Positions 1 to 9,140 of a stretch of 20,000 nt of DNA are shown here, piece by piece. Source of the stretch: Vermamoeba vermiformis (Eukaryota). The DNA lies in the NCBI GenBank assembly GCA_045837725.1, contig JBEWZL010000027.1:53168-73167 (forward strand), in the 5' to 3' direction. The translations under genes were made by a program, and so were the position numbers. Every line of letters starts with the position of its first letter. Position 1 is the first letter of the stretch. Below the pieces are notes generated by a model. That model made no database searches. It was given only the letters and a program-made list of their open reading frames with translations, and was not told the origin of the DNA.

Positions 1-675
1 ATATGCACTTCTAATAAGGATTGCCCTTCTGTTCCCGATGGTAGACCTCAATACTGCCAGCTTCCAAATGTAAGTGCCGCTTAGCCCTAGATCCGAATTT
101 ACGAACGGATCGTCTGGTCTTAAACTCATTCTCATCGCCTCTTGATGCTTAAGATTATTAAATAATGTATACTAGGGTCAATGCAGTGGTCGTGGTCGAT
201 GCGCCGATTTGCCTGACAATTGCGAAGGCGTTGTTCGTGAAGTCTGCGGATGCGATGGAATTACTTACCTCAATGACTGCGATGCCGCTCAATCAGGCGT
301 TAATGTTAAGACCCGTAGCCATTGCATCAGTAAGTATTATATAATCATTACCTTAGCCTCATCAGTACTAACGTAAGCCGAATCCAGATCCTGCGTGCCG
401 CCAAAACTCGGATTGCACTCAACCCAACACTTACTGCAGCAAGCCCGAGAATAACTGCAACGCAAGTAAGTCATCTTAGCCATATATTACTAAGCGTACT
501 GTTACTAACGAGTGTTGGATCAGGTGGTGAATGTGTTGCGCGTCCCTTGACTTGCACGACAGAATTCAACCCCGTGTGTGGCTGCGACGGTCGTTATTAC
601 GGCAATGCTTGCTATGCTGCCGTCGATGGTACTTCAGTGCACAATGTAGGCTCGTGCTCGTCGAAGCAAATTTAA
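1..675 (+). CDS. 3' part of a cysteine-rich protein with tandem Kazal-type domains (5' end outside window)
   Basis: Exons <1-69, 176-329, 388-465, 524-675 with GTAAGT donors join in frame to ICTSNKDC..YCQLPNGQC..EVCGCDGITYLNDCDA..C / CRQNSDC..YCSKPENNC..PVCGCDGRYYGNACYA..GSC..KQI*. Two Kazal V-C-G-x-D-G-x-x-Y-x-N-x-C motifs. Confidence 0.85.
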
Positions 676-804
676 TAAACCTTCGCAAAGTCGGGGTATC
701 CGATTCTGAGCTAAATCTGCAATCACATCACTTTTACCTCAAAATTCAGTGAACGGTCACTCTGTTGCTACACTTTTACTGTTAACCATCGCAGCGGTGC
801 GCAA

Positions 805-1407
805 CTAACTATGTATCGATTCGTTGGCAAAGTCAGAATTCCATTTGGCTTCAAGTGCTTGGCAAATCGTATCCATATCCTACGGACAGTATCTCTTAGA
901 TTGACCGCGTGAAATTTTTATATATAAAAGACTTACTGGTCTCATTGAAGGCTCTTTGTTCCAGCACTGCGTCATCAGTTCGGCGATCGCTCGATCACAA
1001 TCAGATGGAATGCGAGGTGAGTACCCTTGGTCCCTATTGTAATACGATCTATTAGCACTAGGAACTGAATAGTAGGCAAGGTGGATTCGGCGATGTTGTT
1101 CAATTGACACGTGTCATTTTTTGACATGTTGTTTACATTACCTGATCTTCAAGCCAACAAACAACGTGTCTTCTTCAACATGAGGTTCACTTTGCGTCAT
1201 CACTTCGTACATGACAATGCCAAACGTCCAAATATCAGTTTTCGAACTGTAAACTCCTCGCAATGCTTCGGGTGACTACAACGCTCGTTAATTATGCATC
1301 TAATTAATCAGAAATGAAGTTATTACCATCCATCGAATTGGACCAGTGGTGTCAACTGTTGTGTTTGGTTCGTTGATGTCATCGACTTTTTTCGAGAGAC
1401 CAAAGTC
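805..1407 (-). pseudogene. 5'-truncated TK/TKL protein kinase fragment (subdomains VII-XI only)
   Basis: Exons 1407-1327, 1275-1142, 1033-937, 879-805 give DFGLSKK..TGPIRWM|SPEALRGVYSSKTDIWTFGIVMYEV..QCWNKEPSMRP|DMDTICQAL..*. No exon for the Gly loop, VAIK or HRD motif fits between 1408 and the next gene at ~1784. Confidence 0.8.
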
Positions 1408-1600
1408 CTACAAACAGAGCGATTAAATTAAGTAAGATACCGTTTAAATAGCAACAATTTTCTATTGTTTATAACATAATATTTATTTAATTGGCGGAGG
1501 GCATGATGCCAAGATAATTAATTTAATTGCTTAATTTTCAATTTTAGAAAAGTAATCACGCAAAAAAATTTGCATACCATTCTATACACTTGTAGGTGTT

Positions 1601-1684
1601 TCATTGGTTGCTACATTGTACGCTTCAAATTCTTAATTGGATGGAGTTCACTGGCCGATCGATCCAGAAATTCTCATTGGTTGC
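1601..1684. promoter_or_regulatory. Cluster of inverted CCAAT boxes upstream of the transporter
   Basis: ATTGG at 1603, 1636 and 1676; TCATTGGTTGC repeated exactly at 1601-1611 and 1674-1684, 100-180 bp before the ATG at 1784. Confidence 0.4.
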
Positions 1685-1783
1685 GTTGCATTTAAGCAAT
1701 CTTATTATAGAATATAATACCAAGCTAGTATTCACTTCCTAATCGCAAGTCATTTGTTGGGATCTTGTCCACGTTTCTATTTC

Positions 1784-3989
1784 ATGAACGAATCACAATC
1801 TAATCGTATTTTGCCGGATTTTAAATGATTCTGTTTATTCATTGAACAGTTACTACGAGCTCAGCAGAAGTAAGATCGAGGCATCGAATGAAACAACAGT
1901 TTTCTCACTTGCATCGAGCAGAGAGCGGCCTTTTTGCTGCGTTGCCAAACTCTCAACGAGGTACATCTGCCGCTGATGGAACAAGGTGCGTAGTATGCTA
2001 TGGATATGATTATTTTAGCGATATACGCTCGTTATAGAGAGCCGTATCAAATTCCTGTTCCATTCGGTAGATCGCAAGTGTCGTTTTCACTGACATTCCT
2101 ATTTTATTCAGTTCCTTCTCGATATTCATCACTACAATTAAGGGATATGTAGGCGTGGGTATATTATCTATACCTTTTTCATTTTATCAAGGCGGTTTGG
2201 CGGTAAGAATACTATTTCCGAAATATTTCAAAAATGGATCTGAATCCGTTATTCAGTTTTCTCTGGCTGCCTACCTGTTGATTGGGTTCCTATCTCTTCA
2301 TACAATGCTCCTTCTAGTAGACTGCAAAAATGCTCTATTGACACGCGGCAGATCTGTTTCAACGTTTTCGGATCTTGTAAGCATTCAGCGAACAATTTTT
2401 TATTTGTCATTCAGCATATTAATAATCAATATGCAGGGAGGAGAGCTATTAGGGCGCTACGGGACTCATTTAATTGATATACTGCTTTTGGGTTCACAAG
2501 TACGAAATGAAATTACGCCAGCGTGTCAAAGTGTCAAAACTCATCGAGCATTTCAATAGATAGCTTATGCGACTTCAGTGGTCATTTTTGTGAGCACTAA
2601 TTTGGCTTCACTATTTGACTGGCCAAGCGGCGTTTCCGAGCTCGGCCAGAGGTGGATCTGGATGTCGCTCATTTTGCCGATCTTGATCCTGCTTTCGCTG
2701 CTCCGAAGTATCAAATGGCTTACCCCTATTAATGTCGTAGCCTTATTCATATTCATGTTTGGATTCATCGTTGTGTGTTATTTCGGTATGTAACCAGGGC
2801 AATGAGATTTTGTGGTTCATTTTGCTGATCTTGTCCCATTAAGGAATGTCTTATCGCATGTCCATCCCCGGAGATACCTCCGATGATATAGGTCGCGTAG
2901 AGATGTTGCACACGAATATTTTCGATTGCACTTCTACGATAGCTTTGGCAATTTACAGTTTTGCTGCAATTGGAATGGTGTTGCCTATGGAAGAGTCAGC
3001 TAAAGATAAGCACAGTTGTAAGTCATATAACTCACTCTATTTAATACCATATGATTTCTTATCTTTCGCTTCCATACAATAGTTCCCATTGTGTTCGCTG
3101 CTGGCACTTGGATCATGGTTGCTGGTTTGATAATGTTCGGTGCTATTGGATACGTTTGTTTTGGCGATCAGATTGAATCTAGTGAGTACATCTATATAAT
3201 AATAATTGCTTAAATAGTGTTGTGCATTTCACACAATTGTTACGTAATTCTAACAGACTTGCCTTTTATAGTAATATTAATGAATCTCGACGACACCTTG
3301 CACCAAACAGTCATGTTGCATGCGTTGAAGAAAACAATTCAAATCGGATTCATCATTGGAGCGTTGTTCGGATACCCCATGTGCTTGTGGCCAGTGATCC
3401 AACGATTGGAAAATATGATTTTCTTCAAACAACCACCCGCTATCGCTCAAAGCATTAATTATGTGACATCTGACGAAGAGGCACCAGCAGATTTAACACC
3501 GCGACACTCGATCCAAGAGACCGAATCCGTGAACAGCGAAACTTCTGAGCCTGAACCAGACGTTAAAGTGATTAAGACTCCTTTTCCATTGAAGTTCAAC
3601 TTTGGCTTGGAAATGAAGCGAAATTTCTTGCGCATTGGTCTCGTGTTCGGCACTGTCATTCTCGCCGTCGTAGTGCCGTCATTTGATCTGTTCATTTCAA
3701 TCATTGGCGCTACTTTTGGTACTTCCCTAATGCTCATCGTAAGTATAATATTACCATTACTAAAATTAAATCGGTGGATATTGACTTACTTCGTAAAAAG
3801 GTTCCTCCGGTCTTGCACATCCAAGTCCAAAAATTGATGATGAACGAGCCTGAACAATCTCGCTATAAGATCAAAGCAGTTATTATTAAGGACATTATTT
3901 TAGCTGTTTTTGGCGGCTTTGCGTTGTTCCTCTGCACTTCAGTCACCGTTCGAAACATTATTTTGCATTACGTCAAGCATACTGAGTAA
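1784..3989 (+). CDS. Amino-acid transporter, Aa_trans/AAAP family (SLC36/AVT3-like), multi-exon
   Basis: Spliced exons give FITTIKGYVGVGILSIPFSFYQGG, Q|IAYATSVVIFVSTNL, ALAIYSFAAIGMVLPMEESAKD, FGAIGYVCFGDQI, GYPMCLWPVIQRLE and VVPSFDLFISIIGATFGTSLMLI|VPPVLH, typical of the family; many hydrophobic helices. The start codon is less certain than the core. Confidence 0.9.
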
Positions 3990-4094
3990 TGTTCATATAA
4001 TGTTCCGTTTCCTCTTATTTATTCTTGTAAATAGTACCGCATATTATGTTAATAAATTGTTTTTGAACTTACGGACCGTTTATTATTTTTTGGT

Positions 4095-7000
4095 TCATTC
4101 GTCTTGATCCGCTTCTTCGGCACCATCAACCGGCAAAATTTGTTCAATATTGTTCTTGATAATCTCGTCGATGTTATATTCGCTGTCTTGTAAGGTATAC
4201 GCCATTTTAGGATCGCCTTTGACGAACACTAGAACGTTTTGATGATTTCTTGCAATTTTCTTGCTGCTATTGTACATCTTCTGCACGGTGAATCTTTTGC
4301 TGCCGAGGTGATTGACTAATATCAATTCATTATAATACTGCATGCCTGCATTTTCAAAGGCTCTAATTGTATCGGCAACGAATGGAATGCTTTGTCCGAT
4401 GCCTTGTCGATCACGGAAATCGCACACGACGAATACAGCAAATCGATTTTCTTTCAATAGTGCCACCGTTTGTTGAATAATTTTCTAAGAAATAAATTAG
4501 GTTATTTTTGTTTCCTAAAATTCAGTAATTACCGAATAATCATTGAAAAATTCTTCGTATGACGGCAATCGACTCAAATCATAAGGATCATTGCTGTATA
4601 CTTCCAAGTCTGTAATAATCATTAGATGATTGCTTAAAATGAGTTAGATCCGTACCATAGAAAGGTGGACACGAGAAAATGAAGTCAAATTTGTCTTCCT
4701 CTTTGATGTTGTTCGGATCTAGGTTATAATGGCCGGCAATAAGGTTTGTTATATTTCTGCTGTCGCCTTCAATCCATGTCGCAGGAATTTTGGTGCGGAT
4801 GCGTTGAAGTTGGTACTTGTTTTGAGTAATTTGGTCTTTTCTTAGTTCGACACCAGTATACTAAAAAATAATTAGCTTAGTTTCAGCAATAGTTATATTA
4901 TTTGCTTACTTCTAGTCCAAGACAGCTAGCAACAATGCCTCGAATAGATCCGGCGAATGGATCCAGGACCCTAATAACACCATCAGAATAGTGATACCAT
5001 ATTAATGATGAGCGAATATTACCTGCCACTTGGCGGACAAAACCATCTAAACGATATTTCGGCCAATGTCGGATCGAACACACTCACATCCGCGAACGTG
5101 AGGACTTTATCCCAATACTGCTCTTTAAACTCTTTTGTCGTTAATTTTCTACCGAGCTCGGCCTCTTTTTTGCTCTTTTTCTGGTAAAACTGCGCATCTC
5201 GCAGATGAGCCGCATGGATCGTGTTGCTGGTTTTGTGCATCTCAATACCACGACTCCCTTGAAGCAAAAATCATTAATAAGACACCCATTATATAGTAGG
5301 ACATACTGTTAATGCCAAGACTATGCCACATCTTATTTCGTTGCCGCCAGTTTCCTTGTCTGGTGTCCAAAAATGACTGCGGAACAACGAGAAATCGCTC
5401 AGCCAAAGAGCCCTTTAATTTCTCGTGCTCGGTGACTTTGATTTTCTGTCTTTTGTTTCGAATAGCCTTCGTCTTTTTCTTCGCCAAATCAACAACCTCG
5501 CCGGTCTCCAAGTCATAAAAATATTTATAGAAAAACTCTTTGACCTTCGGTTCAGCGTCTTCTCCATTTTTAGCAGCTAGTTCTCGTTTTCTTAGAACGG
5601 ATTTATACTCTTCTAAATGATAAATAGCGCATTTTTCGAGAATTGTGTCCTCTAAAGAAAAGTCAAAAATATTTCCAAATATGGTAATATTAATTCAAAT
5701 TACCGTAGTTCTCGTCAAAGTGATTAGAAGAGACTAATTCATTCGGCTGAAATTCTTCTAAGTCATCGTCTTCCCATTTGAAATGCTTGGCAGGTTCATA
5801 GAACCATCGAACAACAAGCTTTCGCTCATCTGTTTCGTCGTCAGAACTCAACTTAATTTTTCATTAATATTAACGTACCGTCCTCAATTTTAATGTCTTC
5901 AATTCGGCAAAACCAATTTTCATCACCGCCGTTGAGAATAACGTAATCTCCTTGTTTGTACTCGACTCCTTCGAGCATGAAGGATTTACTGCTCGATAAC
6001 TGAGCCATGAATGCTGAATAGCTAAATAAAATATTAATAACATGTCTACGAATTATTAATATTATTTACCTTTTAACTGGCACGTCTTCATCGTTTGTTT
6101 CGTAGAGTTGTCTGTCATCAATAAATTCTTCTTCCTTCTCGCCGTTGGTATTATTATTATTAACGTTCGTATTATTTATATTAATATTGTTTCGTGGCTT
6201 GTAAATCGTTGTCAACGGCTCTTTTGGCTTTGAATAAGGTATTTTTTGAACGGATCCGTTTTGCTTTGTACCTTTTGCTCTTGGTTTTGGCTTTTGCTCT
6301 TCCTCGTCGGGAGGCGGGATTTCTTCTAATTCGTCGTCGAGTTCTTCAATAATTATTTCTTTCTTTTTGCCCGCTTTAATTCTGCGAATTGCTTCTTGGA
6401 TCGGCGACATCTTGGTGCGTGGCTCGTCGTCACTAATTTCTTCGATTTCATCTGCTCCATCCAATGAATTTCGTTTCAATCTTCTTAATTTCTTCGATTT
6501 TGGCTTCTTCTCGAGTATTTCGTTCACGTCAATGTCGTCAGACACGTACTCGGGTGTTTCTAGCGTAAATTTTGTTTGTTCAGTCGAGGCTTGAACTTCG
6601 ACAGAATTATCCACTTCAATAACTTCTTTAGTCTCCTCTATAACTTCTTCTTTTGCTACGATCTCTTGAGGCTCTTCGACAACATCCATTTTTGCTGTGG
6701 TTTCTTTAGTCTCTTCGACAACATCTTCTTTTGCTATGATTTCTCGAGGCTCTTCGACATTAGCTCTTGTTTTTTCGTCGAGCTTTTGTACAGACTCTTC
6801 AACAACATTTTCTTTTGTTTTGGTTTCTTGAGGCTCTTCGCCATTAGTTTTAGTTTGTTCGACTTGGGGTTTTTGTACACGCTTTTCAACAAGCGATGCA
6901 GGGACCTCTGTAACCTCTTCAGCGCTTTGCTGCTTTGCACCAACAAAAAGTCGACCAAATAGTCCTTTGCTTGGAGGACTCTTTTCTTCCACTTTCTCAT

Positions 7001-7760
7001 CCGGAACTTTTGGATGCAGCTCCTCAACGGCTTCTTCGATATTACTATCGGTAATGATATCCTCAACACCATTTTCATACATTTCAGGCTCGATTTCCTG
7101 CACGTCTTCAATAAGGTCTTCAGTTTTCTTCGGTTTCGCACGTGGATGAGCTGCAGATCTGTTGACTCGTGGTGCTTTAGCCTTGACTTTTCCTGGAAAC
7201 AGTTCCTTCTCTCGTAAAGGAGGTGGCGGTGATGACTTTGCACGATACTTTTGAACGACGCTGCTCGTGGTTGTCAAGTTTGGAAGATCGCCAAGATCCT
7301 CCTCTTTCTTTTTTTGAAAAGCTAAATTCTTTTTATTCTGATTTGAATTTGCTTGGTTGTAAATCATTTTTTTTCCATTTGGAGAATTTGTTTTAGCCAT
7401 TTTACCAGGAGGCGACATTTCAATAAGATCCTCATCTGCAAAATTATTATGTTTATTAATACTTCGAAGGAAAACGCAATAATATGCATAAATTAAGCAT
7501 TTTATATGATTTTTTTTGCAAATAAATTAAACTTAAAAATCAAAAAAAGAAGATATTTATTTACCTTCTCGTTTTCGCTTTTTAGTGTCTGATCCGGAGT
7601 CTTGATCGCTATCTGCACTGCCATTGTTATTATTAAGACCGGGTTCTTCGTTAGAATCGTCAGATATCTCTATTTGAGAGCGCTCATCTCTACGAGCCCG
7701 TTGATCGCCATCCGGCAGAACCGCAGAGAGCAGCCTCCGAAACGAAAACATTTTAAACAT
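4095..7760 (-). CDS. BAH domain fused to a prokaryotic/phage-type DNA amino-methyltransferase (N4-cytosine/N6-adenine), ~1047 aa
   Basis: Ten exons (7760-7565, 7435-6070, 6021-5879, 5829-5704, 5651-5307, 5257-5023, 4970-4910, 4860-4656, 4609-4533, 4484-4095; 3144 nt) with GT-AG ends join with no stop. KKRKR NLS; Glu/Lys-rich disordered region; BAH (SFMLEGVEYKQGDYVIL..WFCRIEDI..LVVRWFYEP..NELVSSNHFDEN..TILEKCAI..FFYKYFYD); MTase (SLAERFLVVPQSFLDTRQGNW, SVFDPTLAE, VLDPFAGSIRG, YTGVELR, WIEGDS, FDFIFSCPPFYDLEVYS, HQNVLVFVKGDPK). Alternative ATG at 7751. Confidence 0.88.
6610..6840 (-). repeat. Degenerate 39-nt (13-aa) coding tandem repeat
   Basis: EEPQETKTKENVV ... EEPREIIAKEDVV / EETKETTAKMDVV / EEPQEIVAKEEVI / EETKEVIE in exon 2 of the BAH-MTase gene. 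Confidence 0.7.
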
Positions 7761-8539
7761 AAATAACACACAATATTTAAAATGCTCGGCGACTTGAAAC
7801 TCGTGGTGGAGGTGCCTGAAGCGAAGGAACAAAGCAACAAAAAACTTTTCAGTCAGAAATCAATCAAATCAGCAAATGCAACAACAATGATAATACTTAT
7901 TAAACAAAATGCCCAATGATAAACAAAACCGAAGCCTACCTTCGCTTAAAAGGCTGGATGAAGTAATTTAGGGCGAGATTTGGTTGCTTATGTTTGGCTC
8001 TTTTATTTCCGAAATATTTCAATTAATTTTGCGCAATTAATTTTATAGAAGATGAAGCTGTAGCAATTCAAATTTTACAAGTCCGTCATAAAAAAATCGG
8101 ATGTGCCTTTGTCACAAGGTAAGTTGTTTAACTTGGCAATAATTATTTTATTTTGCTAACTAACTATTTCGGTGTTAACGAATTTTATTAATTCTAAATT
8201 TAGGTTTGTCCGCTTGGTCGAATCTCAAGATCAGTTCACCATTTATCCGTTTGACCGGTCACCACTCAAGTTGCCCTCGTTATACTAAGAATTATGTCGC
8301 TTACTCGAGTGATAGCCGTTCTACTTGCTTTAAGTGTTTGGCTGCCGCTCCTCGAAACAAAAGGTAAGCGCCCAAACGGCTTTGCTGATTACTATTAATG
8401 GCAGATATATCGTCGTTAGGCCGCAAAATTATATATAGTGACCCTTTCAATATTTTAACAACGGATAGTTGCTGTTTATAGTGTTGGGAATAACCTCCCA
8501 AAAATTCAAAAATAATATCTATCAGGGCAAAGAGCTGGA

Positions 8540-8571
8540 CCCGAAATGAGTTTCGGGAAAAAACGGCTAGT
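8540..8571 (+). mobile_element. Possible Helitron-like 3' terminus
   Basis: Hairpin CCCGAAA-TGAG-TTTCGGG (8540-8557), 9-nt spacer, then CTAG (8567-8570) followed by T. Confidence 0.25.
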
Positions 8572-9140
8572 TGCAAGGAGCGGCACTTTTATCGTCACTC
8601 GATAAAAGATAGCTCCTCAGCACGTCTACACATCTCAATTACATATTAAATATCAATATTGAATATATTTTATCTTGCCCTGTGCTCTGTTTTGTTGCGA
8701 AGAGTGAGCAAACGGAGAACGAAGCAGGAGAAGTTGGGCATGGATTCGCATCCGTACCAACAATCAACCCTACTATCTCTCCTCAAATAACAATCATATA
8801 TTACTATTATCCTCAAATAATTATTAATCACGTTATCGGACGATAAATCAAAAAATTCGGGTCATAAATTCAAAATGTTCGGGAAAAATCGCCCAAAATG
8901 TATGGCGAGCCCAAATGACGATATATCCAGTCCGACGATATACCTGTCAATGACAGTATTATGAATTACGAACCGAATTTATTCATTTTAATCGTGCCTT
9001 GGTATTAAGCTGTGAAGCGCCAATCCGCTCAGCATTCTTAAGCTTTTTCGCTAAAATTTAAAGCCAGATCCAAGTTTGATTTATTTTGTTAATTTGTGAC
9101 AGTTTTTTGATTTAAATTAATTGCTTGATCTAGCATATTC

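Noticed and set aside
531-752. 73-aa ORF on the + strand
   Set aside because: Alternative frame of the last Kazal exon; the spliced frame ends at 675.
4095-5511. Bacterial contamination or prophage as the source of the methyltransferase
   Set aside because: The domain is broken by five spliceosomal introns like those of neighbouring genes, and no other phage genes are present.
6367-7243. Several overlapping ORFs (6367-6594, 6576-6962, 6734-7243, 6967-7149, 7014-7217)
   Set aside because: Antisense or shifted-frame shadows of the low-complexity exon 2 of the BAH-MTase gene.
6066-7418. 450-aa ORF as a stand-alone gene
   Set aside because: It has an acceptor at 7436 and a donor at 6069 that join in phase to the flanking exons.
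8301-8576. 91-aa minus-strand ORF
   Set aside because: Non-ATG start, no recognisable motif, and it overlaps hairpin-rich intergenic DNA.
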